NCBI GenBank assembly: GCA_038319305.1
Contig: JBBQDC010000001.1
Coordinates: 1 to 54,767, forward strand
Source of the DNA: Actinomycetales bacterium
GTDB taxonomy: Bacteria; Actinomycetota; Actinomycetes; Actinomycetales; Microbacteriaceae
DNA length: 54,767 nucleotides
Reading direction: 5' to 3'
Made by a program: the position numbers and the translations under genes. The notes under the pieces are model-generated. The model ran no database searches, had not been told where the DNA came from, and worked only from the letters and a program-made list of their open reading frames with translations. Each line of letters opens with the position of its first letter. Within the stretch, counting starts at the first letter, position 1. Below are positions 23,026-34,812 of the stretch, in pieces.

Positions 23026-25074
23026 TTAGAGCAGCTCCGGGTCGTCGAATCGTACTTTGAGTGTAGGCGCGGGGCGGAAGGACGCCCCTTTCGGACGCCG
23101 GCGACGGGCGGCGTTCCGCACGATCGCGGCCTTGAGCGCACGGGCCACCTCGTCGCCACTGGCATAGGGTAGCCGCACGATCGCGCGCACGAGGGGTTCC
23201 TCGGTGGTGACCGGGCCGAGCACGTCGACGCCGTCCATTCCCGCGAGGTCGGCCAGGGCCGCGGCGACATCGTCGTCGGTGCCGGTGACGGATGCCGCCC
23301 GAACGAAGGGTGGGAACCTCAGCTGCCGGCGATCGGACAGTTCCGACGCGGCAAGCATTTCGGGCTGCCAGGAGTTGAGCGCCCGGGCGACGAGCCCACC
23401 CACGCCGACCAGGATCACGGCGGCACCCGGAGCTGCGAGGGCCGCGGCGTTGGACCACCAGCGCAGGCAGTCCTCCTCTACCCGCAGGGATTCGCGTGCG
23501 AGCATTCGTTCGCCGTCGAGGAGGAGGATGGCCCGGTATCCGCCCGTGGGGATCGGCTCGGCCCCCCGGGTGGCGATCACCAGGGCCGGGGCGTCGCCGA
23601 GGTGCTGCAGCGGGTGGTCACCGTCGGCGACGATGATGCGTGCGCCGGGGAAGGCCCGACCGAGTTCTTCGGCGGTGCGCCCCGTGCCGAGGGTGACGAC
23701 CCGCAGGGTCTGCCCCTCGCAGTGCGTGCACCTCCAGTTCGCGGCCAGCGCCCCGCACCAGCGACACGACGGGGCGGAGTTCTTGGAAGCCAGCGCAAGG
23801 GGACCCTGGCAGGTGGTGCAGCGGGCGGCCTTCTTGCAGCTCTGGCAGGCGAGCATCGGCGCGTAACCGGGGCTGGCCACCTGAACCAGCACGGGGCCGT
23901 GGAGTAGCGCCTCCTTGGCGGCCCGCCACGCGGACGTCGGGATGCGCGCGGCTCGGGCCTGCTGGTCAGGCTCGGACTGGAAATCGGTGGGAATGACCCG
24001 CGGATGCCGATTCGCTGCGGGGTGCACGGCGGTGAGCCAGCCCAGCTCGACCAGCCGCTGCACCTCGACCGTACGCGAGTGGCCGAGGAAGACGAGGGCG
24101 CAGCCGGACTGGCTCTGCCGCACGAGCGCGGCGTCGCGGGCGTGCACATAGGGGCTGAGAGGTTCGCTGTGAAGCGGGTCGCCGTCGTCAAAGACCGCAA
24201 TCAGGCCGAGATCGTGGGCCGGCGCGTAGACAGCCGACCGATTGCCGAGCACGATCCGCGGTGCCAGGTCAAGGGCAGCGAGGAAGGCCCGGTAACGGTC
24301 CGGGTTCGGCTGGCGCGCGTCGACGCGGCTGACCGATCCGGCCGGGGCGAGCAGGTCGAGGGCAGCCTGCAGCTGGTCCTGGTCCCGGTAGTCCGGAACG
24401 ACCAGAATGGCGCTCCGCCCTGCGGCCAGGCTGGTCACCGCGAGTTCGGCCAGGGTGAGCGCCCATTGGCCGATCGTCTGCCCGTCCGGCAGCAGCTGCA
24501 GGTCGGGCACCGCGGCCACGCAGAGCCGCGCGCTCCGGGCGACGGCCGTGTCGAGGGTGCCGGCCGGGTAGTCGGCGAAGGCCAGCCTGCCGGGAGCGGC
24601 GGTAGCGGCCACAGCGCAATCGCTCTTCTCGGCCGTCCCGTCGGCGGCCGCTGACCGCGCCACCAGCCAGGCCTTCTCCACCCGCACCTGGCGCGGTGGC
24701 ACGGCAAGTCGGATGATGTCGCTGGCATTCCCCGAGGCTCGGTCGGCAACCCGGCGGGCAAGCTCCCACACGTCGGGCGTGAGCACCTGGGCGGCGGAGA
24801 CCACGCTTTCGAGCGGGCTGAGCGCACCACGGAAGTCGATACCCATGTCCAGACCGGGCAGGGCTCCGGGATCCGCGGCCGGTGCGGCCGGATCGAGGAC
24901 CTCGATCAGGTACCCGTCGGCGACACGCCCGGCCGAGCGCAGCGGAACCCGTACGCGCACGCCGGGCAGGGCAACGCCGACCAGCTCGTCGGGGATGCTG
25001 TAGTCGAACAGATGGTCGAGCTGCGGCAGCGGCGAGTCGATGAGCACCCGGGCTACGAGGCCGGAGCGGGTCAT
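23026..25074 (-). CDS. priA: Primosomal protein N' (actinobacterial type)
   Basis: LDHLFDY 3'-binding domain, four CxxC, GTGRTAEEL, FPPF; position between metK and fmt. Confidence 0.9.
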   Translation of the reverse strand: MTRSGLVARVLIDSPLPQLDHLFDYSIPDELVGVALPGVRVRVPLRSAGRVADGYLIEVLDPAAPAADPGALPGLDMGIDFRGALSPLESVVSAAQVLTPDVWELARRVADRASGNASDIIRLAVPPRQVRVEKAWLVARSAAADGTAEKSDCAVAATAAPGRLAFADYPAGTLDTAVARSARLCVAAVPDLQLLPDGQTIGQWALTLAELAVTSLAAGRSAILVVPDYRDQDQLQAALDLLAPAGSVSRVDARQPNPDRYRAFLAALDLAPRIVLGNRSAVYAPAHDLGLIAVFDDGDPLHSEPLSPYVHARDAALVRQSQSGCALVFLGHSRTVEVQRLVELGWLTAVHPAANRHPRVIPTDFQSEPDQQARAARIPTSAWRAAKEALLHGPVLVQVASPGYAPMLACQSCKKAARCTTCQGPLALASKNSAPSCRWCGALAANWRCTHCEGQTLRVVTLGTGRTAEELGRAFPGARIIVADGDHPLQHLGDAPALVIATRGAEPIPTGGYRAILLLDGERMLARESLRVEEDCLRWWSNAAALAAPGAAVILVGVGGLVARALNSWQPEMLAASELSDRRQLRFPPFVRAASVTGTDDDVAAALADLAGMDGVDVLGPVTTEEPLVRAIVRLPYASGDEVARALKAAIVRNAARRRRPKGASFRPAPTLKVRFDDPELL

Positions 25075-25093
25075 CGGCGGCGCGCCTGCCAGG

Positions 25094-26287
25094 TCACAGT
25101 CCGGCAGCGCTTCTCAGCTCGTCGACCCGATCGAGGCGCTCCCAGGTGAAGTCGGGAAGCTCACGACCGAAATGGCCGTAGGTGGCCGTCTGTGCGTAGA
25201 TCGGGCGCAACAGGTCGAGGGAGTGGATGATCGCGGCTGGACGCAGGTCGAACACCTCGCGGATCGCCGCCGTGATGAGCCGGTCGGCCATGACCCCGGT
25301 ACCGAAGGTCTCCACGTAAAGCCCGACCGGAGAGGCCTTGCCGATCGCGTAGGCAACCTGGATCTCGAGGCGCTCGGCAAGCCCGGCGGCCACGGCATTC
25401 TTGGCCACCCAGCGCATGGCATAGGCGGCCGAGCGGTCGACCTTCGACGGGTCCTTGCCGCTGAAGGCGCCTCCGCCGTGCCGGCTGGATCCGCCGTAGG
25501 TGTCGATGATGATCTTGCGGCCGGTGAGGCCGGCGTCCCCCTGTGGGCCGCCGATCTCGAATCGTCCGGTGGGGTTGATCAGCGTGTGCAGTTCGGATGA
25601 GTCCAGATCAACGCGGTCGAGCACCGGGCGGATGACGAGTTCCTCGACCTCCGCGCGCAGCTGCTCGTTGGATACCTTCGGTGAATGCTGGGTCGACAAC
25701 ACGACCGTCTCGACAGTGCGCGGCGTCATGCCGTCATAGCCGATGGTGACCTGGGTCTTGCCGTCGGGCCGCAAGTAGTCGAGCTCACCGGACTTGCGCA
25801 CCTCGGCGAGGCGTTCGGCGAGGCGGTGTGCGATCCAGATCGGGATCGGCATCAGCTCGGGGGTCTCCCGGGTGGCGTAGCCGAACATGATGCCCTGGTC
25901 GCCGGCACCCTGGCGGTCGAAGTCCTCGACGCTGGATTCCTCCCGGCGCTCGAAGGCGTTGTCCACACCCTGCGCGATATCGGGCGACTGGCCGCCGATG
26001 GAGATCTCGACGCCGCAGGAGCGACCGTCGAACCAGACGTCGGAGGAGTCGTAACCGATGTCCGTGATGCATTTGCGCACGATCGACGGGATCTCGACGT
26101 AGGCCTCGGTGGTGACCTCGCCGGCGACGTGCACCAGACCGGTGGTGACCAGGGTCTCGACGGCGACCCGGCTGTGCGGGTCTTCCGCCAGCAGGGCGTC
26201 GAGAATACTGTCAGAGATCTGGTCGCAGATCTTGTCGGGGTGACCCTCGGTTACCGACTCCGAGGTGAAGAGGCGTAGATCGCGCAT
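25094..26287 (-). CDS. metK: S-adenosylmethionine synthetase
   Basis: [35 protein letters not shown]. Confidence 0.98.
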   Translation of the reverse strand: MRDLRLFTSESVTEGHPDKICDQISDSILDALLAEDPHSRVAVETLVTTGLVHVAGEVTTEAYVEIPSIVRKCITDIGYDSSDVWFDGRSCGVEISIGGQSPDIAQGVDNAFERREESSVEDFDRQGAGDQGIMFGYATRETPELMPIPIWIAHRLAERLAEVRKSGELDYLRPDGKTQVTIGYDGMTPRTVETVVLSTQHSPKVSNEQLRAEVEELVIRPVLDRVDLDSSELHTLINPTGRFEIGGPQGDAGLTGRKIIIDTYGGSSRHGGGAFSGKDPSKVDRSAAYAMRWVAKNAVAAGLAERLEIQVAYAIGKASPVGLYVETFGTGVMADRLITAAIREVFDLRPAAIIHSLDLLRPIYAQTATYGHFGRELPDFTWERLDRVDELRSAAGL

Positions 26288-26459
26288 CTGGCCCGTCTCT
26301 GTTGCTGAACAACGTGTAGAAGAAATGAACGTGGAAAAGACACAAGCTGCGTCCGGCCGGAACAGGCTAAAAGCGCTGGTCGTTCTGGTCGGGAACCGGT
26401 GCAGACCACCGCTGTTGCCGGCCATCGGCGACGCGGGCGAACGGATGCCCGGGACTGGT

Positions 26460-27674
26460 TCAGGCGATCAGGTCAAGAATGCGACTTGCCACCGACAATT
26501 TGGTTCCGGAGGCCTCACACACTATATCTCCGCCGCGATCAAGCACCGTGATCGCGTTACGGTCCGAGGCGAAACCCTCCACCCAGCCCACGCGGTTGAC
26601 CACCAGGAAGTCGCAGCCCTTCCGCAGCATCTTCGCGCGACCGAGGGCCAGCAAGAGACCTGGATCCAGCTCCGTCTCGGCGGCGAACCCGATCAGGATC
26701 TGACCTGGCCGCCTGGCCTGGGCGAGCCCGGCGAGGATGTCGGGGTTGCGGGTCAGCTCGAGCAGCAGAGTGTCGCCGGTGTCGTCTTTCTTGATCTTGT
26801 CGGAGCGCACATGCACCGGCCGGTAGTCGGCGACCGCGGCCGCCATGACCACGACGTCGGCTCCGGCGGCGGCGTCCGCCACGGCCGCTTCGAGTTCGAG
26901 CGCGGTGCCCACGAGCCGCAGCTCCACCGCCGCGGGGACGGCAACCTCGAGGTTCGCGCCGATGAGGGTGACCCTGGCGCCCCGAGACAGGGCGGCCTGC
27001 GCCAGGGCGACCCCCTGCTTGCCGCTGGAGCGGTTGCCGAGGAAACGAACGGGGTCGAGGGGCTCGCGTGTGCCGCCGGCGGTGATCACGATGTGTTTGC
27101 CGGCCAGATCGGCGCTCAACGCGTCGGAGCGGTCGGCCGCAGCGAGGGTCTCGAGGGCCGCGGCGACGATCGTGTCAGGCTCTTCCATCCGGCCGGCCCC
27201 GGCGTCGGAGCCGGTGAGCCGGCCGACCCCCGGTCCGACGACGATGACGCCGCGAGACCTCAGGGTGGCCACATTGGCGACCGTGGCCGCGTTGTTCCAC
27301 ATCTCGGTGTGCATCGCCGGGGCGATGACGAGCGGGGCCGTACTGGCCAGGATGGTGTTGCCGAGCAGGTCATCCGCAAGACCGGCGGCAAGCTTCGCGA
27401 TGGTGTTTGCGGTGGCCGGGGCCACGACGATCAGGTCAGCGGACTGACCGATGGCCACGTGCCGCACCTCGGCGACCCCCTCATAGAGGTCCGTGTGTAC
27501 GGGGTTGCGGGAGATGGCCTCCAGGGTGGGCTTGCCGACGAATCGCAGCGCCGCCTCCGTCGCCACCACATGCACGGAGTCCCCCCGCAGCACGAAAGCG
27601 CGCACGACATTGACGGCCTTGTAGGCAGCGATGCCGCCGGTTATCCCGACGACGATCGTGCGACCTGACGACAT
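26460..27674 (-). CDS. coaBC: Bifunctional PPC decarboxylase/PPC synthetase
   Basis: [50 protein letters not shown]. Confidence 0.97.
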   Translation of the reverse strand: MSSGRTIVVGITGGIAAYKAVNVVRAFVLRGDSVHVVATEAALRFVGKPTLEAISRNPVHTDLYEGVAEVRHVAIGQSADLIVVAPATANTIAKLAAGLADDLLGNTILASTAPLVIAPAMHTEMWNNAATVANVATLRSRGVIVVGPGVGRLTGSDAGAGRMEEPDTIVAAALETLAAADRSDALSADLAGKHIVITAGGTREPLDPVRFLGNRSSGKQGVALAQAALSRGARVTLIGANLEVAVPAAVELRLVGTALELEAAVADAAAGADVVVMAAAVADYRPVHVRSDKIKKDDTGDTLLLELTRNPDILAGLAQARRPGQILIGFAAETELDPGLLLALGRAKMLRKGCDFLVVNRVGWVEGFASDRNAITVLDRGGDIVCEASGTKLSVASRILDLIA

Positions 27675-27698
27675 CCTGCGCGCTTGGCGTTCGGTGTG

Positions 27699-27956
27699 TT
27701 ACTCGACGATGGGGCGAGAGGTGAGCTTGTCTTCGTTGATCTCGCGGAGGGCGACGGACAGCGGCTTGTCGTCGACGGTCGAGTCGACGAGCGGCCCGAC
27801 GTTGTCGAACAGGCTGCCTTCGTGCAGGTCGGCGTAGTAGTCGTTGATCTGACGAGCGCGCTTGGAGGCGAAGACCACGAGGGCGTACTTGGAGTCGACC
27901 TTGGTGAGCAGGTCGTCGATGGGCGGGTCAATGATGCCAGTGAGCTTGGTAGCCAT
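27699..27956 (-). CDS. rpoZ: RNA polymerase omega subunit
   Basis: [31 protein letters not shown]. Confidence 0.96.
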   Translation of the reverse strand: MATKLTGIIDPPIDDLLTKVDSKYALVVFASKRARQINDYYADLHEGSLFDNVGPLVDSTVDDKPLSVALREINEDKLTSRPIVE

Positions 27957-28017
27957 TGGTGTCACTCCTTCAGAGCGGTTTGTGCTGCGAAACGCGCAGA
28001 ATCACGGAAAACGGGCG

Positions 28018-28938
28018 CTACGGCAGCAACGGCGCCGTACGCAGATTCATCAAGTCTACGACCTCGCGCGCCGCTTCGCCCACGTCGTGGTTCACGACCC
28101 GGAAATCAAACTCCCCCTGGGCCGCCAATTCGAGCTTGGCTGTCTCGAGCCTGCGAGCCTGTTCGGTGGGTGCCTCGGTGTCCCGTCCAATCAACCGGCG
28201 CACCAATTCGTCCCAGCTAGGTGGGAGCAGGAAGACCAGTCTCGCCTCCGGCATTGCCCGGCGAACGGCCCGGGCACCCTGGATGTCGATCTCCAGGAGA
28301 ACACTGTGTTCCAGGTTCAACGCCTCCGTGACCGGACCCCGCGGGGTTCCGTAACGATACGCGTTGTGCACGGTCGCCCACTCGAGTAGCTCGCCGGCTG
28401 CGACCATCCGGTCGAATTCGGCGTCGTCGACGAAGAAGTAGCTCACACCCTCGGTCTCGCCCGGGCGTGGTGCACGCGTGGTGGCCGACACCGACAGGTG
28501 TACGTCCGGATAGTGCTGGCGGATATGCGCCGCGACGGTTCCCTTTCCGACCGCGGTCGGACCGGCCAGCACAACCAGCTTCGCGGAGGAATCGCCACGC
28601 CGTGCGGCGGTACGGGTGGTGAGAAAATCTCGCAGGCGATCGCGCTGGTGCTTACCGAGACCTCCGAGTCGCTTCGACGGGGAAATCTCGAGCTTCTCCA
28701 TGATGCGATGCATCTTGGTGATGCCGATCGCCGGGATGCTGATCAGGAACTCGGTCACCCGAAGGCGTCCTTCGATGCCTTCAGGGCTCTCGGTCGCGGC
28801 AGCCAAAACTTCTAACGCGGTACGTTTTCCGTGCGCGATCTCGCTTTTAACTGCGGCGCGCGCGCGGCGAGCAGCCACGGCGGCCCGCGAGGCGGCAACC
28901 CGGTCGACGTCGGGTGGGGTAGGGCGATTCTCAGCCAC
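28018..28938 (-). CDS. gmk: Guanylate kinase with N-terminal actinobacterial IHF (mIHF/MihF)-like domain
   Basis: N-term AARRARAAVK..LRVTEFLISIPAIG..IMEKLEISPSKRLGGLGKHQ (mIHF-like), in frame with GPTAVGKGT, SATTRAPRPGE, YGTP, LEIDIQGA. Confidence 0.92.
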   Translation of the reverse strand: MAENRPTPPDVDRVAASRAAVAARRARAAVKSEIAHGKRTALEVLAAATESPEGIEGRLRVTEFLISIPAIGITKMHRIMEKLEISPSKRLGGLGKHQRDRLRDFLTTRTAARRGDSSAKLVVLAGPTAVGKGTVAAHIRQHYPDVHLSVSATTRAPRPGETEGVSYFFVDDAEFDRMVAAGELLEWATVHNAYRYGTPRGPVTEALNLEHSVLLEIDIQGARAVRRAMPEARLVFLLPPSWDELVRRLIGRDTEAPTEQARRLETAKLELAAQGEFDFRVVNHDVGEAAREVVDLMNLRTAPLLP

Positions 28939-29818
28939 GGGCAGCTCCTGCTTCAACTACTCGGCGCGCAATCGCTTGTTTGATTCGGTCGGGGCCGACC
29001 GCTAGAACGCTGCGCGATTCACTCACGATAACGCCTTGAGCGTACCCCCCGTACAAGTTCCCCAGATCAGAGACCGCAGCGCCCTGGTGGCCGAACCCGG
29101 GAGCGAGGATCGGGGTGAGCCCTCGGACGGGCGCTGCCGAGAGGTCCAGACCGAATGTGGCCAGGTTCAGCGTGGCGCCGAGCACCACCCCGAAGGAGCC
29201 GAGCCAGGAGGTCCCGGTCCTGGCATTGCGCTCGGTGACGTCATCGAAGACGGACCGGGCAACGGTCTGGCCTGCCTGGATCCCGTCGGCGATCACGGCT
29301 CGCTGGAGCGCCGCTGCCTCGGGGTTCGACGTGGCGGCCAGAACGAAGATGCCCTTGCCGGTTTGAGCGGCCAGGGTGAAGACCGGTTCCAGTGAGCCGA
29401 CGCCCATATACGCGTTCACGGTGATGGCGTCGGCCTCAAGGGGCGACCCCTCGCTCAGCCATGCCTGGCCGTAGGCCTCCACACTGGTGCCGAGGTCGCC
29501 ACGTTTGACGTCAGCGATTGTGAGCAGGCCGGCCGCACGGGCATCAGCCAGAACCCGTTCCAGGGCGATGTACCCGGCAGAGCCGAAACGCTCGTAGAAG
29601 GCCACCTGGGGCTTCACCAGGCCAACCTGGCCGGCGGCGGCGGCCACGACCTTTCGGCCGAAGGACTCCGCCCCGGCGGCCGAGTCCGGCAGACCCCAGT
29701 CGGTCAGGAGCCAGGCGTGCGGGTCGATGCCGACGCAGACCTGTCCCCGGAGCGAGAAGGCCTCGCCCAACCGGTCACCGAAGGCGGTCGACCCTGCCGG
29801 TTCGTGCGCCGGGATCAC
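28931..29818 (-). CDS. pyrF: Orotidine-5'-phosphate decarboxylase
   Basis: [31 protein letters not shown]. Confidence 0.95.
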   Translation of the reverse strand: MIPAHEPAGSTAFGDRLGEAFSLRGQVCVGIDPHAWLLTDWGLPDSAAGAESFGRKVVAAAAGQVGLVKPQVAFYERFGSAGYIALERVLADARAAGLLTIADVKRGDLGTSVEAYGQAWLSEGSPLEADAITVNAYMGVGSLEPVFTLAAQTGKGIFVLAATSNPEAAALQRAVIADGIQAGQTVARSVFDDVTERNARTGTSWLGSFGVVLGATLNLATFGLDLSAAPVRGLTPILAPGFGHQGAAVSDLGNLYGGYAQGVIVSESRSVLAVGPDRIKQAIARRVVEAGAARG

Positions 29819-32800
29819 AGGGCCGCAGTCCGGGTGAGCCCGTATTCCTGCAACGAGGTCACCTCGAAGCCGCCGCGGATCGCATCAATCGACGCCACGG
29901 CGGCGCTCAACTCGGCGATGGTGGTGAACAGCGGGAGGTCCGCGGCGACCGCGGCCGCGCGGATCTCGTAGCCGTCGGCGCGGGCGGTGCGACCGCCCGG
30001 CGTGTTGATGACGATCTGCACCTCTTCACGACGGATCAGTTCCACGATCGACACGTCCGCCTCGTCGGCCTTCTCGCTGAACTTGGTGACGATGCTGGCA
30101 CGAATGCCGTTTCGCTGCAGAACCTCGGCGGTCCCCTCCGTGGCGGTGATGGAATAACCCAGCTGCTGCAGCCGCAGCATGGGCAGGATGATCGCGCGCT
30201 TGTCCCGGTCGGAGACCGACACGAAGACGGTGCCGGTGAGCGGGATTCCGCCGTAGGCGGCGAGCTGGCTCTTGGCGAAGGCCCGCGGGAAGTCACGATC
30301 GATGCCCATGACCTCGCCGGTCGAGCGCATCTCCGGGCCGAGCACGGAATCCACGACAAGTCCCTCCGGCGTGCGGAACCGGTTGAACGGCAGCACGGCC
30401 TCCTTCACGGCAACCGGCGCGTCCATCGGAACCCGGGATCCGTCGATCAGCGGCAGCATGCCTTCGGCCTTGAGCTCGGCGATCGTCTTGCCGACCATGA
30501 TCAGAGCGGCGGCCTTGGCCAGGGTGATGCCAAGCGCCTTGGCCACGAACGGCACCGTGCGCGAGGCGCGCGGGTTCGCCTCGAGCACGTAAAGCACGCC
30601 GGCGCCGATGGCGAACTGCACGTTGAGCAGGCCGCGCACGCCGATACCGCGAGCGATGCCCAGCGTTGCCTCACGCACCCGGTCGATCTCCGCACGACCG
30701 AGGGTGACCGGCGGCAGGGTGCAGCTCGAGTCGCCGGAGTGGATACCGGCCTCCTCGATGTGCTCCATCACGCCGCCGATGTAGAGCTCGGTACCGTCGT
30801 AGATCGCGTCCACGTCGATCTCGATGGCATCGTCGAGGAACCGGTCCACGAGCAGCGGATGCGACGGGCCGATGATGCCCTGGCCGGCCATCCGGTTGAA
30901 GTAGTCGGCCAGCGATGCCGAGTCGTAGACGATCTCCATTCCGCGGCCGCCGAGCACGTAGCTCGGGCGCACGAGCACAGGGTAGCCGATCTCCTCGGCC
31001 ACGACGAGGGCTCCGGCGTAGTCGGTGGCGACGCCGTTGCGGGGAGCAAGCAGGCCAGCCTGGTCGAGGATGCTGGAGAACAGCCCGCGCTCCTCGGCCA
31101 GGTCGATGGCCTCCGGGGTGGTCCCAAGAATCGGGATGCCCTCAGCTTCGAGTCCCTTGGCGAGGCCGAGCGCGGTTTGGCCGCCCAGTTGCACAACCAC
31201 GCCCACGAGCTCGCCGCTCTGGCTTTCGGCGTGGATCACCTCGAGCACGTCCTCAAGGGTGAGCGGCTCGAAATAGAGCCGGTCGGAGGTGTCGTAGTCG
31301 GTCGAGACCGTCTCCGGGTTGCAGTTGATCATGATCGTCTCGTAGCCGGCCTCAGAGAGGGCGAACGAGGCGTGCACGCAGGAGTAGTCGAACTCGACGC
31401 CCTGGCCGATCCGGTTCGGGCCGGAGCCGAGGATGACGACCTTCTTGCGGTCGCTGGGCACAACCTCTGTCTCCTGGTCGTAGCTGGAGTAGTGGTACGG
31501 CGTGAGTGCGGGAAACTCCCCCGCGCAGGTATCCACGGTCTTGAAGACCGGGCGCACGCCGAGGATGTGGCGCACTGTGCGCACATCCGCTTCGCCGAAG
31601 CCGCGCAGTTCGCCGATCTGGGCGTCGGAGAAGCCGTGGTCCTTGGCGGTGCGAAGAATGTCGGTGTCGAGACGCTCAGCGGCGGCGATCTCGTCGGCGA
31701 TCTCGTTGATCAGCACGATCTGGTCGATGAACCACGGGTCGATCTTGGTGGCCTCGAAGACCTGCGGGATGGTGGCGCCCTTGCGGAGCGCCTGCTGCAC
31801 GGTCACGATCCGGCCGTCGGTGGGCACCTCGGCGACCGTGAGCAGTTCCTCGACCGTGCGAGTCTCCGCACCCCAGTGGAAGGACGAGCCGCGCTTCTCG
31901 AGCGAGCGGAGCGCCTTCTGCAGCGCGGACGCGAAGCTGCGGCCGATGGCCATCGCCTCACCCACGGACTTCATCGTGGTGGTCAGGCGCTGGTCGGCGG
32001 CAGGGAACTTCTCGAAGGCGAACCGCGGCACCTTCACCACGACGTAGTCCAGGGTGGGCTCGAAGCTGGCCGGGGTGACGCCGGTGATGTCGTTCGGGAT
32101 CTCGTCGAGCCGATAGCCGAGTGCGAGCTTAGCGGCGATCTTGGCGATCGGGAAGCCGGTCGCCTTGCTCGCCAGGGCGGAGGAGCGGGAGACGCGTGGG
32201 TTCATCTCGATCACGATGATGCGGCCGTCGGCCGGGTTGATCGCGAACTGGATGTTGCAGCCGCCGGTGTCGACGCCCACAGCGCGGATGATGTCGATGC
32301 TGATGTCGCGCAGCTTCTGGTATTCACGGTCGGTCAGGGTCAGCGCCGGCGCGACGGTGATCGAGTCTCCGGTGTGCACACCGACCGGGTCAACGTTCTC
32401 GATCGAGCAGACGACAACCGTGTTATCGGCCGTGTCGCGCATCATCTCAAGCTCGTACTCCTTCCAGCCGAGGATGGACTCCTCGAGCAGAACCTCACTG
32501 GTGGGGCTCTGGTGAAGGCCGTCGCCGACGATGCGACGCAGTTCGGTCTCGGTGTACGCAAAGCCGGAACCGAGCCCCCCCATGGTGAAGGAGGGGCGCA
32601 CCACGAGCGGGTAGCCGAGGTCGTCGGCGAAACCGACGGCCTCCTCGACCGTGTGGGCGATGTAGGACCGGGCGACGCCGGCGCCCACACCCTGCACCAG
32701 CTGCTTGAAGATCAGGCGATCTTCGCCCTTCTGAATGGCGTCGAAGGAGGCACCGATCAGTTCGACGTCGTACTTGGCCAGGATTCCACGCTCATGCAGC

Positions 32801-33102
32801 TGAATGGCCGCGTTGAGCGCTGTCTGGCCGCCGAGGGTCGGAAGGATCGCATCCGGGCGTTCTTTGGCGATGACCGTTTCGAGGATCTCCGGGGTGATCG
32901 GCTCGATGTAGGTGGCGTCGGCGAAGTCGGGGTCGGTCATGATCGTGGCGGGGTTGGAGTTGACCAGGATGACCCTGACCCCCTCGGCCCGCAGCACGCG
33001 GCAGGCCTGGGTTCCGGAGTAGTCGAACTCGCAGGCCTGGCCGATCACGATCGGACCGCTTCCGATGACGAGAACGCTGTTGATGTCGTCGCGCTTGGGC
33101 AT
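29815..33102 (-). CDS. carB: Carbamoyl-phosphate synthase large subunit
   Basis: [22 protein letters not shown], duplicated ATP-grasp domains, MGS-like tail. Confidence 0.98.
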   Translation of the reverse strand: MPKRDDINSVLVIGSGPIVIGQACEFDYSGTQACRVLRAEGVRVILVNSNPATIMTDPDFADATYIEPITPEILETVIAKERPDAILPTLGGQTALNAAIQLHERGILAKYDVELIGASFDAIQKGEDRLIFKQLVQGVGAGVARSYIAHTVEEAVGFADDLGYPLVVRPSFTMGGLGSGFAYTETELRRIVGDGLHQSPTSEVLLEESILGWKEYELEMMRDTADNTVVVCSIENVDPVGVHTGDSITVAPALTLTDREYQKLRDISIDIIRAVGVDTGGCNIQFAINPADGRIIVIEMNPRVSRSSALASKATGFPIAKIAAKLALGYRLDEIPNDITGVTPASFEPTLDYVVVKVPRFAFEKFPAADQRLTTTMKSVGEAMAIGRSFASALQKALRSLEKRGSSFHWGAETRTVEELLTVAEVPTDGRIVTVQQALRKGATIPQVFEATKIDPWFIDQIVLINEIADEIAAAERLDTDILRTAKDHGFSDAQIGELRGFGEADVRTVRHILGVRPVFKTVDTCAGEFPALTPYHYSSYDQETEVVPSDRKKVVILGSGPNRIGQGVEFDYSCVHASFALSEAGYETIMINCNPETVSTDYDTSDRLYFEPLTLEDVLEVIHAESQSGELVGVVVQLGGQTALGLAKGLEAEGIPILGTTPEAIDLAEERGLFSSILDQAGLLAPRNGVATDYAGALVVAEEIGYPVLVRPSYVLGGRGMEIVYDSASLADYFNRMAGQGIIGPSHPLLVDRFLDDAIEIDVDAIYDGTELYIGGVMEHIEEAGIHSGDSSCTLPPVTLGRAEIDRVREATLGIARGIGVRGLLNVQFAIGAGVLYVLEANPRASRTVPFVAKALGITLAKAAALIMVGKTIAELKAEGMLPLIDGSRVPMDAPVAVKEAVLPFNRFRTPEGLVVDSVLGPEMRSTGEVMGIDRDFPRAFAKSQLAAYGGIPLTGTVFVSVSDRDKRAIILPMLRLQQLGYSITATEGTAEVLQRNGIRASIVTKFSEKADEADVSIVELIRREEVQIVINTPGGRTARADGYEIRAAAVAADLPLFTTIAELSAAVASIDAIRGGFEVTSLQEYGLTRTAAL

Positions 33103-34277
33103 TACTTGGCGTCTCCTGCTCCGGTGTTCGCTCGATGCGCGACCACCACATCCCTGAACCGATCAAAAAGGTATTCGGCGTCGTGCGGGCCGGCCGCCGA
33201 CTCCGGGTGGTATTGCACCGAGAAGGCAGGTATATCGAGGCAGCGGATGCCCTCGACCACCTGGTCATTGAGGCTGTAGTGGCTCACTTCCACCCGGCCG
33301 AAGCCGGTGCGGGACTCGTGCACACCCTCGATGGGCATGTCCACAGCGAAACCGTGGTTCTGCGAGGTGATTTCCACCTTGCCGGTGGTTTTGTCGAGCA
33401 CGGGCTGGTTGATGCCTCGGTGCCCGAACGGCAGCTTGTAGGTGCGGAAGCCGAGGGCGCGGCCGAGCAACTGGTTTCCGAAGCAGATCCCGAAGTACGG
33501 CAGGCCGGCCCGCAGAACCTCCTGGAGGAGGTTCACGTGGGCGTCGGAGGCGGCCGGGTCGCCGGGGCCGTTCGAGAAAAACAGGGCCGACGGGTTCAGT
33601 GACAGCACGTGCTCGGCGGTGACCGACTGCGGCAGCACCAGTACCTCGAATCCCCGTGCGGCCAGGTGATTGAGGGTGGAGGTCTTCACACCGAGGTCGA
33701 GCACGGCGACCGAGCCGATGCGCTCACCCTGTGCGGGCATCGAGAATGGTTCGACCGTCGAAACCTCGTCGGACAGGTTGCGGCCGCGCATACCGGCGCC
33801 GCCCTGCACCAGCTCGAGCTGCTCACCGTCGGAGAGGGTGAAACGGTCACCGGAGAAGATTCCGCTCTTCATGGCACCGGCCGCGCGGATGTGGCGGGTG
33901 ATCGCACGGGTGTCGATGCCGCTGATCCCGACGACTCCCCCGCTTTCGAGGTCGTCGTCGAGGCTGCGGGTGGACCGAAAGTTGGAGGCGATCCGGGAGG
34001 GCTCTCGCACGACGAAGCCGGAGACCCAGATGCGCCGGGATTCCATGTCCTCGTCGTTGGCACCGGTGTTGCCGATGTGCGGTGCCGTCATCAACACGAT
34101 CTGCCCGGCGTAGGACGGGTCAGTGAGCGTCTCCTGATAGCCGGTCATGCCGGTGGCGAAGACGATCTCGCCCAGGGTCTGTCCCACACTGCCATAGGCA
34201 CGGCCGTCGAAACGGCGGCCGTCTTCGAGCACGAGCACGGCAGGAGTGGGTCGGTCGGGGGTCGTTGCGTTGCTCAC
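33102..34277 (-). CDS. carA: Carbamoyl-phosphate synthase small subunit
   Basis: [34 protein letters not shown]; start estimated at GTG 34277. Confidence 0.97.
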   Translation of the reverse strand: MSNATTPDRPTPAVLVLEDGRRFDGRAYGSVGQTLGEIVFATGMTGYQETLTDPSYAGQIVLMTAPHIGNTGANDEDMESRRIWVSGFVVREPSRIASNFRSTRSLDDDLESGGVVGISGIDTRAITRHIRAAGAMKSGIFSGDRFTLSDGEQLELVQGGAGMRGRNLSDEVSTVEPFSMPAQGERIGSVAVLDLGVKTSTLNHLAARGFEVLVLPQSVTAEHVLSLNPSALFFSNGPGDPAASDAHVNLLQEVLRAGLPYFGICFGNQLLGRALGFRTYKLPFGHRGINQPVLDKTTGKVEITSQNHGFAVDMPIEGVHESRTGFGRVEVSHYSLNDQVVEGIRCLDIPAFSVQYHPESAAGPHDAEYLFDRFRDVVVAHRANTGAGDAK

Positions 34278-34278
34278 G

Positions 34279-34812
34279 CTACGCCTCGCTTTCATCGCGC
34301 GCGGCCGGGCGCAGGGCATCGGCCGCAATGGTTCGGATAGCGTCGTTCACGCTGACGCGGTCGGATGGGTCAAGGATGCGGAAGTAGCTGTCGACGATCT
34401 GGTTCGAGGCGTCGGGCAACCGCCAACCGAGCAGCAGCAGGCCGTCGGTCTCAACGGCCCGGTCGATCGCGACGGTCGCGTCTTGCAGCACGGCGATGGC
34501 CGAGGCAGGGATGAACACGGCTTCCTCGCCGGCCAGGGCTAGGATCACGCCGGCCTCGGTGATGGTCAGGTGGGCGCGGGCCCGGAAGCCCAGTCCGCGG
34601 ATCTGCAGGCGTTCGAGGGGCTGGGCGCGCAGGGTAGTGGCGACGTAGAGCACCGAGGCGGAGGCCAGCTGGACGGCCAGTTCGACCGGAAGCAGGTAGC
34701 CGGACGGCAGGGCGGCATCCCGGCGGCTGCGGGCCCGCCAACTGCGCAGCATGAGCCCGAGCAGTCCGAGCAGCACGGCGACGGTGATGAGCGTGGCGAT
34801 GGTCCTAGCCAT
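34279..34812 (-). CDS. Conserved membrane-anchored protein of actinobacterial pyr operons (Rv1382-like)
   Basis: N-terminal TM, YVATT..PLERL..GLGFRA; position between pyrC and carA. Confidence 0.75.
   Translation of the reverse strand: MARTIATLITVAVLLGLLGLMLRSWRARSRRDAALPSGYLLPVELAVQLASASVLYVATTLRAQPLERLQIRGLGFRARAHLTITEAGVILALAGEEAVFIPASAIAVLQDATVAIDRAVETDGLLLLGWRLPDASNQIVDSYFRILDPSDRVSVNDAIRTIAADALRPAARDESEA

Noticed and set aside
19589-23029. 1146-aa plus-strand ORF (also 7832-10684, 30739-33279, 43667-45013 and many shorter ones)
   Set aside because: Antisense shadows of clear housekeeping genes, expected from high-GC codon bias; no motifs of their own
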